A DNA stretch of 64,000 nt, from the NCBI GenBank assembly GCA_965112735.1, contig OZ218950.1:6882001-6946000 (forward strand). The letters are read 5' to 3'. Made by a program: the position numbers and the translations under genes. Source of the stretch: Phaeosaccion multiseriatum. Its lineage: Eukaryota; Protista; Ochrophyta, other classes. The notes beneath the pieces are model-generated. The model was not told the DNA's origin and did not search any database. It worked only from the letters and a program-made list of their open reading frames with translations. Of the stretch, positions 27,113 to 39,228 are shown one piece after another (position 1 is the stretch's first letter; each line of letters opens with the position of its first letter).

Positions 27113-27368
27113 CGCCGGAGTGCAAGTCGCCGGTGCTAGCCACTCGCCTCGGGGAGGACGCTGCAGGAGCGTGAGTGTACAGGGCAATCGCGTCCAAGAT
27201 GCTGCCCGTGCTCCTTCGCCTGTTGCTCCTGAATGAAGCCGCCCTCTTCTCCGACTCCCGCTGCTCGTCGTCCTCAGGCTGGCTACTTCGCCGTCTCAGG
27301 AGAAGCCCGGTGGCAACTGCGGCCGTGGCGAGGAAGACGGACAAGAGGTTCCCTCCTCCAGTTGACAT
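26865..27368 (-). CDS. Hypothetical protein with N-terminal hydrophobic anchor
   Basis: ORF 'MSTGGGNLLSVFLATAAVATGLLL...KKLRVSFSPELEYRHIPHFLDYDSFIRSQVWTS'; the 'VxF...IP...W' pattern resembles uncharacterised stramenopile proteins from memory. Confidence 0.55.
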
Positions 27369-27726
27369 AGCGGGCCGTTCCTTCCTTCTTTCTGACAAAA
27401 CCTCTCTCGCCCTCCAATTCTCTTGATCCACGTGTTAGGCTCACATGAGTACCGAAGAACTCCAGCAAATACAGCTGTAGCTCCCTTCTTTATTCGCCCT
27501 TCCTATCCCTGCACCTCTTGCTGCCCTCCCTGCTCTTTTCTGTTGTTGGTTTGACTGTTCAAGGCGATTGTTCAAGGGTGGGGCTGTGACGCGTCAGCAC
27601 AAAATATTTCATGTCAATGAAGTCACGTATGTCAATGGTGGTTGTGTTTGGGCTTCAATTCCCTTCTCCCATTGACACAGACTATGAAGATACCAGCCGT
27701 TTTATTTCGGTCTAATTCAGGCAGTG

Positions 27727-27916
27727 TCGGCCCCTGACATGCTTCTGAGGCGACCCTGCTTCCTGCTTCTGGCCGGCGCCAGCCGGCCAGGCAGGTTCCA
27801 GGTTCTGGGGGAAAGCCATGTAATAAGGCAATGATGAGGGCCAATGCTTGGTCGGCGCCAGCCGGCCTGCTTCCTGCTTCTGGGCTGGCCTGTCTCAGAA
27901 GAATGTCAGGGGCCGA
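27727..27916. mobile_element. MITE-like element, copy 2, with ~23-bp terminal inverted repeats
   Basis: TCGGCCCCTGACATGCTTCTGAG ... CTCAGAAGAATGTCAGGGGCCGA (1 mismatch); CAGTG on both flanks (27722-27726, 27918-27922); no ORF. Confidence 0.85.
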
Positions 27917-28701
27917 ACAGTGGGTGGGAGGGTATCGGTTCAGTGACAAGGCCGTGTAGGAGGCAAAGGGAAGAAAGGAATGAGATAAGATAAGCGTAAG
28001 GACTAAGGACATCATCAGGAAGGGAGGGAAGATTAGGCATTAGCAACGTCTATCAAAACATACTTTTCCACTTGATCAACTCTTATACGCACATCGTAGA
28101 GAACTTGGAGTGAGCTGTAGGCCACTAGGTGGCTACTGAGAGCTGTTCCGGGAAGGGTCGTCACTGCCCTTGGCTCGGAGGCTTACACAGTCCACTGTTG
28201 TGTGTGTGTACAACATACAGCTCGTACTTCTCCTCCAAATGCTAGTGCTACCACTGGTGGTGCTAGTAGTGGGCATAACCTGCTCCTTGTTGGGACATGC
28301 TGAGAGTGGCAAACTAGGAGGAGTGAGGCGAGAAGGCAGCAGTAATGACATGTCCTCACCGGGAGCGAGGACAAACCCCGAGCTGGGCACATGAATTGAA
28401 GCGCATGATGCCCAGGAACAAGGTAGGGAGATGCCGAAGAACCAGCTCTGAAGTTTCTCCCTTCGCTGGCAGCCATACCCACTCTCACAAAGAGACCACC
28501 CTGGTGTTCGCGTGACAATTGACCCTGTCAAGCGATCGGCAGGAAGCTTGGCCTCTGCGCCTACCCGCCTGGCGAAAGTACAGAGTCGCTGCGCAAGAAT
28601 CAACGTTGAAACAGGCAACGGGTGCCGCCACACGCATCCGGCCCCGCACCTCTTTTCGACTCTTCTTCTTCTGTCGGCCCTGCATGATTATGGTAGTATG
28701 C

Positions 28702-28828
28702 GCCGACCATAATCAGTAATCAGGCCGGGTTCCGGTCATAATCAATAATCAGGTCGGCTGGAGCCGACCATAATCAGTAATCAGACCTGGCGCCGGCCAT
28801 AATCAATAGTCAGGCCGGCTGCGCCGGC
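28702..28828. repeat. 4 copies of a ~30-bp unit GCCGRYCATAATCARTARTCAGRYCKG
   Basis: Units start at ~28702, 28732, 28763 and 28792. Confidence 0.9.
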
Positions 28829-29265
28829 TCTAGAACAGGAACTCCAGGGTCTACAACTGTATCTTCTGGGCATCCAACAGGCCGGGGAAACAGAAAATAC
28901 GCAAACAGGTCAGGCAGTAAAGGTGGAATCAGCCCTGGAGAAACCATATATTAGTTGTCAGGGACAGCGTAGACGGTTGCCGAAGGCATTTCTCTCCTCC
29001 CCTCACCTTTCCAGGGAGGCAGATGTTCCGGAAAAAAATATGGCCTTTTACCAGCCCCGCTATTAAAGCAATGTAAGTCGCATCTGCCACCACCACTGGC
29101 AAAGGTATTTCGCTTGCACCTCTCAAAGGTGGCGCAGGGGTTGGCGGCAAAAGCTCTCACTGACATATGTAAAAGAAAGTTACGTAATCTTATCCAAACC
29201 CAGGGGGGCGAGCTGCATTTGTGGGGAGGGAGCCTAGACACGGGTTAGAGAGAGGCTTGCGCAAC

Positions 29266-31668
29266 ATGGGCATCATCAAAGGGGGGAAGGTGGTCGTGCT
29301 TATGGCGGGACGCTACGCAGGCCGCAAGGCCGTCGTGGTGAAGCCCTACGACGATGGGAGCGGCGAGCGCAAGTTCAGCCACGCTTTGGTAGCAGGCATC
29401 GATAGGTACGACTCGTTTCAGCAGGGCAGCATTGGGGCAAGGGTGGCAGAAGGCAGGCCAGGAGTAGGCACAGAAGCTGCTCTGGGTTTTGGTGTCTTCC
29501 CCTGTTGATGGTGCGGCGGTGGGGGGGTGAAGGAGGAGGACGGGAGGAGATGTCTTGCGGAGCAGTGGCTCAGGCTTCAGATAGAGGGTGGAAGGGGGAG
29601 GAAGGGCGTTGAAGTGCGCCTTCCTAACTTCTTCCTGGTCGTACGATGAGTTGTTCTCACCCTCCTCGTGCTGCCGCACTGCCGCTGCACTGCTTCCCTC
29701 CTTCACCACCACCAGGTACCCACGAAGGGTGACTCGCGCCATGTCAAAGACCAAGCGCGCAAAGCGCAGCAAGGTCAAGCCTTTTGTGAAGTTTGTCAAC
29801 GTCAACCACATGATGCCAACCAGGTACGAGTCATGCCCCCTTTTTGTCCTCGCTGCTGCTGAACGTGGCCTTGGTTTTTTTATCCGAATGGGGAGCGGGG
29901 GGGGGGGGTTGTGTCTTTCATAGACTGCCCATCTTCGGAGTTCTCGGACGGACGACGGGGCTATTTCAATATCAGTGGTATCGGCGGCAGCAGCGAGAAA
30001 GTCGGAAGGAAAGGGGGTGCAGCTGAGGGATTGATCCCGGTAGAGACGGACCTCGAAGGCTTTTGGCAGCGTCCTCCAGGCTACGGGCTTTGCGAATCTG
30101 CGGCTTGCATATTTCCTCGGCCGCTGGTGGGGGGCTCTAACTGGCCTTTGGAGTTTTGACTACAGCAACAACGAGAGTAAGCTTCAAGCCCCACCTGCGA
30201 GTGGAGGAGCAGCGTCCAGCCTGTCTTGGACTGACCCCTGGGCCGTTGTTGGTATGGGGGGGCTTGCCACGGAGGGGAGGGGAGGGGAGGTGGGGAACGC
30301 AGCTCACACTGCGACTAACTGTCAGCGAGCGGTGCTGTTCAAGTTGATGTTAAATTTGCGATGGGTTCCATCTCATGCACAGTGTGTGGCGCGAGGGAGA
30401 GACGCCGATGAGGGAATGTCTCGTCGGGAGGGCGAAGGCAGGATGTCGGTGTACGCTCAAATCGCCGGGCTGCTACGCGAGGTGCTATCTCATGCGAGGA
30501 AGGCTGTTTCCAACCATGGCCCTAGGCACTGAGGAGCACCCCAGCTGCCGCTTCCTGCTGCTGCTACGCTGGGTTGTGGTAACGGGGCTGCTTTGTTGCG
30601 TCTCTCTCCCACTCTGGAGACTTTTCGCAAGGGGTTCAACAGAGGAGCCCCGTGTCCACAAGATCTCTTAGGCATTGGGTGTTGGGTTTTCGATACCCCC
30701 CCCCCCCCCTCCTCCCTGCCTTCCCTCTTTTGTGTTTTGTGACGAGGAGAGGACAGCCAGCACATCCGAGAGGGATGAGCAGCGGAGGCGGTAGGATAGA
30801 CAGCACATGGTAGAGCAGCGCCAGCCGGACGCACCAGTCTGAAGCACCAGGGAAAGAGAGAGACGGCGGCATGAATGGGCACACGAGGACGGAGATTGGT
30901 CTTACCGGCCAAAACCCTACTCCGTTGTGTTGGGAAGTCCAAGTCCCACCTACTCTTGTGTCTTTGTGAGCCTCCGCCCCCCCCCGCGCTCCAGTCGACT
31001 GACCCTCCTGCTCTTCCACACCCCTACACACACGCATTCACACGCTGCTGTCGCAAACCGTGAGCAGGTACCAGGTGGACATGGACCTGAAGAAGATCGT
31101 GGACGACGCAACCTTCAAGAGCGACAGGGTAGCCACCAAGAAGGTCAGTCAGTGCCCGCTCGATGCCCTTCATTCTCCTCTTGAGCTTCTCTCTCTCTCT
31201 CCCTCTGGCTCCGTCAGTTGTCGTCTTTCGGCCATCTTCTCGAGACGAAGAGGGCAGTGTTTTGACAGTCGTTCTTTCTTCTCCACCCTCCCCTGCCCTG
31301 CCCTGCCTTGTTTTGTCTTGTCGCGCTACGCCCCGTCTCCTTGTCCGCAGGCCGTGAAGAAGGTGTTCGAGGAGCGATACCTCAACCAGCCAACCGCAAG
31401 TACGTAATAGCACGTAACAGCACAGGAGTATGGACTGCACTGCTCAAGTAGAATGTCAAGTAGAATGTCGACGGGAGGGAGGGGGGGGGGAGGGACCGCA
31501 GCGCATCCTATCCGTTTATATGTATGCCTTTGTAGGCCTTTGTGGTTGTTTGTTTACCTTCGCTCTGCTATGTCTCTGCCCCTTTTGCCTCCAGCCTCTG
31601 CCCCACCCCCCGTGTATACGCCCCTCCTGACCCTCTTGTGTGCCCCGCCCTCCTTCCTGACACCTCCG

Positions 31669-31712
<44 letters not shown>

Positions 31713-31799
31713 TCCCTCTCCCTCTCCTCTTCAGGCAAGGCTGCCGTCACGAAGAAGGCCACGGGCACCAAGTACTTCTTCGAGAAGCTCCGATTCTGA
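29266..31799 (+). CDS. RPL27: 60S ribosomal protein L27 (eL27); 5 exons
   Basis: '[23 protein letters not shown]...HALVAGIDR|[32 protein letters not shown]|YQVD...FEERY...YFFEKLRF*'. Confidence 0.97.
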
Positions 31800-32223
31800 T
31801 TGGGGCTGCGTACCGTAACCTCTCCCGTCTGTAATCAACAATAAAAAAGGAATTTTCCACCAATCAAGCGCCAAGAGCAAGTGCATGTACTCAAGCGAGC
31901 GGGTTTGGCTGCTTTCCATCTGTGCGTTCTCTTTCCTGCCCAGTCCTGCCCACCCAAGCTTTTCTGGAATTTCTCATCGTCCCTCTTTTTGCCTCGAGTA
32001 TTCGAGTTGCTCTTGGATCGAGCTTGCTGATCGACACGCTCGCTTGCAGTTGTGCTCAGCAGTGACTCATACTGCGCGGCTCTCTGATCGTCAGGCGAAG
32101 GGGAAGGGGTCGTCTGCGACCGCCCCACCAGGCAGAGGAGAGGCAAAAAGCAACCGCAGAGGCTTAGACGTAAGTGTTAAGGATGAAAAGAGGAACAGAC
32201 ACCCCCCACCAAGCCAAAAAAAA

Positions 32224-32341
32224 ACAGACAGCACCGACGATTCCCACGTGGTCCCCCACCGTAGTACTAAATCGGCTCGACATCGCTTGATTTCCGAGAT
32301 CGGACGGGTTCGGGTATTCTCGATGTGATATGGCCGTCCGT
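32224..32341 (-). rRNA. 5S rRNA, copy A
   Basis: Reverse complement of copy B except one base; followed by a Pol III T-run (A-tract at ~32216-32224). Confidence 0.96.
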
Positions 32342-32351
32342 GAATGACAGA

Positions 32352-32363
32352 GGCATCAGGCAG
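32352..32363 (-). promoter_or_regulatory. Upstream element CTGCCTGATGCC (-22..-11) of 5S copy A, preceded by TATAAAA
   Basis: Identical 12-mer at the identical offset in both 5S genes. Confidence 0.65.
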
Positions 32364-32632
32364 CTTTTATACAAGAAAAGTGAGTTTGGCCGTGGCAAGT
32401 TGTGGCCGTGGTCACTCACTCCAAAAAAAACCCCTCTTATCAGTGTCGGCTGACGTGTCGATACATTGAGGCGCCGATTGACTTTATGTCCCACTCCCGC
32501 CCTCCTCACCCTCCTCCTCCTCCTCCGCCTCCTCCTCCTCCCACCCCCTCCTCGGCCTCCTCCCTGCTGAGAGAGTGGTGGAGCGGCAGCCTCAGAGTCA
32601 TGTCCTGTTTGACAAAATGTGTCATATAGACA

Positions 32633-32644
32633 CTGCCTGATGCC
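32633..32644 (+). promoter_or_regulatory. Upstream element CTGCCTGATGCC (-22..-11) of 5S copy B
   Basis: Identical 12-mer at the identical offset in both 5S genes; CATATAGA just upstream. Confidence 0.65.
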
Positions 32645-32654
32645 CCATATAATC

Positions 32655-32772
32655 ACGGACGGCCATATCACATCGAGAATACCCGAACCCGTCCGATCTC
32701 GGAAGTCAAGCGATGTCGAGCCGATTTAGTACTACGGTGGGGGACCACGTGGGAATCGTCGGTGCTGTCTGT
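32655..32772 (+). rRNA. 5S rRNA, copy B
   Basis: 118 nt; 'GGCCATATC', 'CCCGTCCGATCTCGGAAGTCAAGC', 'TTAGTACTACGGTGGGGGACCACGTGGGAA'; helix I ACGGACGGC/GCTGTCTGT; followed by a T-run. Confidence 0.97.
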
Positions 32773-32781
32773 TTTTTTTTT
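32772..32781 (+). terminator. Pol III oligo-T terminator of 5S copy B
   Basis: T-run immediately at the 3' end of 5S. Confidence 0.85.
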
Positions 32782-33343
32782 GCATTTCTTCCTTCATTCC
32801 CCTTTCCTTCTTCCCTTACTCTCTCTCTCCCTTTCCTTTTACCTTTTACCTAAGAAATATGTGGTGTGTGTGAAGAAATATGTGGTGTGTGTGTGTGTGC
32901 GTGCGCGTGTGTCGAGAGCACGCTACAAGTGTAGGGGCCCTTTTCACTCTCCCTCCTGGACAGACAGCGCTCAACAAGCCCCCACCCGCGATGGCCGCGA
33001 GGAGGAGGAGGCGTCCATGGGAGCGAGGAAGCCGCGCACCGCCTCTCGTCCCGCTTGTGGGCAGGGAGGGCAAGGGGACGAGCAGCCCGGCAAGGGCACC
33101 CGTCGTGTGGCGAAGAAGCGAAAGATGCTCTGTGTGGGGGATGAGGCCCAGCTGCCCCCCCCAAACGGTTCCGCAGGTACTATTAACTCAAAATTCTCTT
33201 TCTAATTTCGAAGTACATCTAATGCAAAAAAAAAAGGGCATAATATATGTGGAAGGGCCCACAGAAGCAGCTCCACGTCAACCATCCACCCTAGGCCGAC
33301 CGTCTGCTGCCGTCCATTGCCATCTGTCGCCGTCTGCTGCCCT

Positions 33344-35678
33344 CTACTTTTGCTGCAGCGAGGCCACGTGGTCTCGCAGCTGGCGCTCAGGAGGGGACTC
33401 CCCGAGAGGAGTCTCGCACAATCCTCCAAAGGCGACGGGCACGTTGGCGGGGGGGATGGTCTCGAACAGGCCCTTGGCCATGTCCTCGGGAGACAGCACG
33501 CTGGAGGGAGGGAGGGAGGGGGGGAGGGAGGGAGGGAGGGGGGGGTGAGAGTCTTTGGAAGAGTGTGAGCACTGTCTTTCCCTTCTGCCTCTCTCCTCCT
33601 CCTCCTCCTCGTCGTCGTCCTTTCCCCACCCGCCTACTTCTCCTCCCCCCATCTCACCTAATCTTGGCCCTGGTCTGCTCCGTTAGAAGCTTGCTCACCA
33701 CGCCGTAGATCCAATTGATCTTGGATGGCGCGTTGAGCACAAAAATCTTGAAAGAGCGCTGAGGGTAGTGTGTGCTCATCATGCTAACGGTGCTCTTGAG
33801 CATGGTGGCGGCCTCACCCCCCATGAGGTCCTTCATTGTAATGCCTTCGAGGTCGATGATTACAGTGATCTGAGGAGAGCGGATGGGGGTGAGAGTTGAG
33901 GAGAGGGGATGGGGGTGAGAGTTGAGGAGAGGAGAGGAGAGGGGAGGAGGGGAGAGGATGAGGAGAGGAGAGGAGAGGATAGGAGGGGGGAGGAGAGGAG
34001 AGGAGATGTGAGGATGGGAGAGGATGGGAGGGAGGAAGAGAGGAGAGAAGAGGAGAGGTGAGGAGAGGAGAGGGGGGGGGAGGATGGGAGGGGAGAAGTG
34101 AGGAGAGAAGAGGAGAGGGGGGGAAAGGAGGGGAGGGGAGGGGAGAGGAGAGAAGAGGAGAGGGGTTCAGAGGTGAGCAGAGGGGGAAGGAAGAGGGGAA
34201 AGAGAAGAGAAAAAAAGAAGAAAGTCAAGGTAAGATCATAACTCGTTTTTGTCGAAGGCCTCACGTGACACATTCCGACCACCCGAAGTTCGTATGCCAG
34301 TTGTGTAAAGAGCCCAAGAGGAGAAGGGAAGGGAAGGAGCATTTCATGACCAGAGCCCTACTCTGCTTTTGCCTCTGCCCGCTCGCTGTCATGCGCGGCG
34401 CGCTACCTAATAGACTCGCTCCACCACTCACCCACTCCCTCCCCTCCCTCTCCTCCCCCCTCACCTTCTGCGTCTGCCTTGCTTGCAGCCTTTGCCACAG
34501 GAACTCCATGACGAATATGTAGTGCTGCATCACCGCCTCCTTGCTCACGCCCTCGGCCCTGAGAGCGCCGAGGTCGAGCTTGCCTGGCTGCTCAATGTAC
34601 ACCAAGTTACCATGCTTGTCTGGCAGGTAGAAGAAATGGTGGTAGTGCTGTGGGTGGGTGGAGGGGTGGTGGGTTGAAGGAGTGGTGGGGTAAGTACTTA
34701 CGTCAGGAAGGTAGGGGGCTGGACGTATGTATACATGGAAGTGGCGGGGTTAACATGGGTGACAGAGCAAGGCATACGCTCTCTTCCTCCCTCCCTCCCT
34801 CCCTCCCTGGCTCTCTCCCTCTGCTCATCCCCTTCACCCACCCCGCAGACCACCGCCACTCAGATATGGGGAAGTGCTCACGCAAGCAAGTTGGTAATTC
34901 GTTTGTTCGCTCCTTCTTTCATTCCCCACCCCAGTTACCTTCTTGATGAGGCCAAAGTTGGGCTGTGGTCTACCCAATATCTCATCGGCCCCGTTGGCCT
35001 GTCGAAAGTCCAGCGTGGCCCGGAAGCGGGCCTGTGCTTTGACAGTGTCTCCCGTCTCCGCGATCAAAAACCTCCGGGGCATAGGGGGCAGTCCGTTGCA
35101 GGCGGGCAGATAATCGTCCTCCTCCCCCTCCGGAATCGTCCACGCTGCGTCACCACTCTCTCCTCCTCCTCCTCCTCCTCCCTTCGCGGTGTCGTCTCCA
35201 TCCTCCACCTCGGCCCACCGAAGCAGCACCAAGCTGACATGGAGCGGCTCAGACGGCGCAATGATGCCCCCTCTTCCTCCTCCTCGCCACCGTATCACCA
35301 ACACGGCCACCACCGCCACAATGAGGCTAGGCGTCAGCAAGAGTGAGGTTAACCGAGGCAGCAGCAGCACCACAGCAATAGCGAAAAGCACGACCGGCAT
35401 CTGCATGCGCTCCATCTCACGGACCATCTTGGTGGCTCCGTCCCCTGCCGCAGCAACAATATAGGGCTGCTCCTCCACCCTCGCTCTACAATGCAACGCC
35501 ACGTAGCCCTCCACAGGACCGGCCAACACCACCGCCGCCCCTCCACTGCCATCGCCTCCTCCTCCCCCTCCTCCTCTTCCATCGGCAACCCCCTGGAAGA
35601 GGCGACGGCGGGGAGAAGCGGACTGAGGCGGACTGGGGCTTCTGCTCGGGGTGCGGGGGCTTTGCTGCGGCATGCCCA

Positions 35679-35713
<35 letters not shown>

Positions 35714-38700
35714 CGCTGAGAGGTAGACAACCGTCTCGCAGGTAGCTTGAACTCTCCCCCGATGTGGCCATTGTCCTTTCAGGTTTGGGGAGGAGAAAGG
35801 GAGGAGTTGTGAGCACTTGATCGCCAGTCATACCCTCCGTAACTCTCCCTCCACCACCACCACCACCACCACCACCACCACCACCACCACCACCTCCTCC
35901 TCCACCACCTCGCCCTCGTCTTCCGTCCCTCTGTAACCACCCATGTCTTGTGCGCAATACCCACTCACTCCTTCCCTCTCTGACTCACAAACTCCCTCCC
36001 TCCCTCCGTTCCTCATGCACTCACCAGAAGATCCCGGAGGTAGAGCACCGTTTCACAACCATTGGTAAAGCTGATGCGCACAACGGGGCTGTCGAGAGCA
36101 CCACTGGTATCCGCCATACTCACTTGCTGAGCAGAGAGAGAAAAGTCGATCACGTCATCCCACACAACGTTGTGGTGCGTCTGCTCGGCTCGGGCACCCA
36201 GAGAGACGGGCTTGTGCCGGAGCTGCCGGAGCCGTCCTCGGGGGTTAGGGGGGGCCCATGGCAAGACTTGCACCTGAAGAAACGGGTGGGGTTTGAGGGG
36301 GGGGGGGGGGGGAGGGGTGAGCAAGTCGGTGGGGAGGAAGGCGAAAGGAGATACGGTATATAGGCCTACTCGAGGGATAGGTCGGCCTCTTGATGGATGG
36401 GTCAGGATCTGATAAACTGAACTGAAACTGAACCTGAAACCATCTGAACAAACTGAAACCCTCACCTTGGTGATGTGTGGCGCCGCTCTGTGGATGGAAA
36501 TGGCCATAGGCGGCCCCTTCCCATCACACGTCACGTATCCCATCGCCAGCGCCGATCGGTCCTTCTTATACACTGAGAGCGTGTGCGAGTGCTTACTTGC
36601 GTGGCGGTGAGTCTCAGCAATGGCCAGGCGCAGATTGCCCATGTTGTAAAGCACAGGCTCGCCCACCGCTGTACTACACGCACCACCGCCACCACCGCCA
36701 CCACTACCACCACCAGCAATTGTGCCATAGCTGGCCCCGAAACCACTAGCGTCCAGGCCCCCGCTGCTGAAAGGAGAGCCCCTCCCGCCTACCCCTCCTC
36801 CTCCTCCTCCTACTCCTTCGTGCTCTCCGCTCTTGTTGAGACTCGCTTGTCGCGCCGTTTCCTCCGTCCGATGCGAGGGAGACAGTTTGCCCCATCCCCT
36901 TCCTCCTCCTCCTCCTCCTGCTCCTCCTCCTGCTCCTCCTCCTGCTCCTCCTCCTGCTCCTCCTCCTGCTCCTGCTCCTGAGCTCGCACTCCCATCGCTG
37001 GCCTCCGCAGTGCCATGCTCACTCCCATACTCCGGATCGTCAGGAGGCGTGCTCTGAGTGGAGCCCTGGCTGCCCACGAGCACCACAGAAACCTGGCCCT
37101 TCTCCCCCACCCGCTTCATATCGAGATACCCCGTAAGACCTCGTGTCTTGTTGTTCCATACCATCTCCCGGTGATCTCTCAGCGATAGTACGTCCCCAAA
37201 GCGCACCACCTGCCCGAGCTGCTTCTTGCCATTGGGATCCACAACCGCAAAGTTACTCTCTGTGTACTGCCCCTCCTCCTCTGCTGCGGTCCCCACCGGC
37301 CCGAGCGCCACAAGATCCCCTCTCCCCAGCCACCAGCGATGCCGATTCCTCTTGCCATATGTGCCCACGTAGCCCCCCTTAGCCCCCTCCCCGCCGCCTC
37401 CGGCCCCGCTGCTGCCTCCGGTCAGCGCTGCCCCGTCCTCGCCACCTTTACCTTTGCCTCCGCGGCGTGGACTCGGGCTCCGACCCCGCCCCCCTTGATG
37501 AGTCTGCTGCTGTTGGTGCTGCTGCTGGCCATCGGTGTGCTGCTGATGCAGGTAGGGTGAGCTTGCCCACACTTTGACGACATCGCCATACTTGACGAGA
37601 TTTTCCTTGCCAGTCAGCAGAGTCTGCTGCCGTCTTTGAATGTTGCTTCTCCTCGCCTCCGCCCGAAGACTGCCCGAACTACCAGCACCACCAAGAGCAA
37701 CAGCAGCAGAGGGAGCACCAGCTATACCCCGCCTGCTGCCACCGTCGCCGTCAACGCCTCCACCCTCGTCGCTGTAACCGCCGTACCCTTCATTGGCAGG
37801 CAAGACCGTGTGTGGCATGGTCGAGCCTCTCCGCACTACCGCCGCGGGCATGGGTATATCCTCCACGGGCGAGCTCAACCCTCTTCCCCCTCCTCCCCCT
37901 CCTCCTCCTCCTCCTCCTCCCGATGAGGATACTAATCCGGCCCTCGCCATGAGGCTCCTTCCTGGGAAGGACCGCCTTGCGACGGGCGAAGAGGACCGAG
38001 CGCGTGATCTCGATCTCCTTCTGAGAAGCCTTCGCTTGCCGGGCAGTCGGCTGAAGCTACCGCTCTTATCCAGGGAGTCCGTGGAGAGGGAAAAGTCGGA
38101 GCCGCCTCGAGGCGCGCCAGCGGAAAGGGGTCTGTGTGAGGAGGATGATCCCGGCTGCATTGGCCTATGAAAGAGCTTCCGGGTCGAGCTCGATCTACTC
38201 CCCACGCTGCTGCCCCCTGAAGCCGCGGGGTCGAGAGAGTGACGATACCGGAGCTGCAGGTCCTCCTCCCCGTCAATCTCGAGGTAATGCAGATTCAGCG
38301 ACCCAGCCATGCCGCTCACGTCCCCGCTCGACCTCCCTCGATTCAGGCTCGCGGGATGGAGGCCTGGCGCTGACCCAGACGGGGGCCGCTCATCCCGCGG
38401 GGGGGGGCTTACGCTTCTGTGCCCTCCTCCTCCTCCTCCTCCTCCTCCTACTGCTTGGTGTTTTCTCCCCCTGCCCCGGGGCGAGAACATGTTCAGCGGC
38501 TTTTTCATATGAAGCTTGTCTGCCGCTTTAGACAACTTGCTCTTGAGCATCTTCCGCTTACTCCTGCGTCTCCGAGCGGGCTGCTCTCCCCCACCGTTCA
38601 TTTGCGCCCCTTCTCCTTCTCCGCCCCTATCGAGATACTCCAGCGTCCCGCAGGATGCGGAATTGGGAACCCCCCCGCTGTTGGTGTTTTCCAGCCTCGT

Positions 38701-39014
38701 TCTCAACACCCCAAGCCTGCTGGCGTACCCATCGCCGTATGAAAGCTGCTCCTGGCCCTTGGAAGGGGGGCAGCTGAAGGCAGCAGAAGGGGAGAGAGAG
38801 GGTGTAAATACAAGCGTCGCTGGAAAGGAGTCTTTCTTCTGTCCTCACTCAGTCTGCCATCTCTCAGCCCACCAACCAACCTTTTTCTCCTCCACTCCAG
38901 CTCTTGATCATCTTCTGTCTCATCGCCGCTCTCTTCGCTCTCCTCTCTGCCCTCATCTTCCTGTCCTCTTCCCCCATTTTGGTGGGGGTTATTATGCCAA
39001 CTTCTCTCATCCAT
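33344..39014 (-). CDS. Large membrane-anchored CRAL-TRIO (Sec14-like) lipid-binding protein; multi-exon, start uncertain (39014 or 38601)
   Basis: 'RRFLIAETGD...RFRATLDFRQ', 'DKHGNLVYIEQPGKLDL', 'IIDLEG', 'HYPQRSFKIFVLNAP', 'TRAKI', 'NVPVAFGG'; hydrophobic segment at ~35300-35400; long open exon 36465-38750. Confidence 0.85.
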
Positions 39015-39228
39015 GTTCTTTGCGCCCTATTTTTCAACAATGCCTCAATCAGTTAATGCGTAAGCCCCCCTCTCCTCCTTCTATTCCTCCCATTGCCCCT
39101 TTGCGTATAACACAGCCCACACCAAAAGAAGGCAAGGGCAGAGAGGAGCGCGTGAGAGACCGCGACACAGCGTCACTTTTGGCGCCGGAGAACCAACAGC
39201 CTAACCTTCCTCTCTCTTAAAAGGGGTC

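Noticed and set aside
28133-28719. Overlapping short ORFs upstream of RPL27
   Set aside because: No recognisable domain, including no transposase signature to link them to the nearby MITE.
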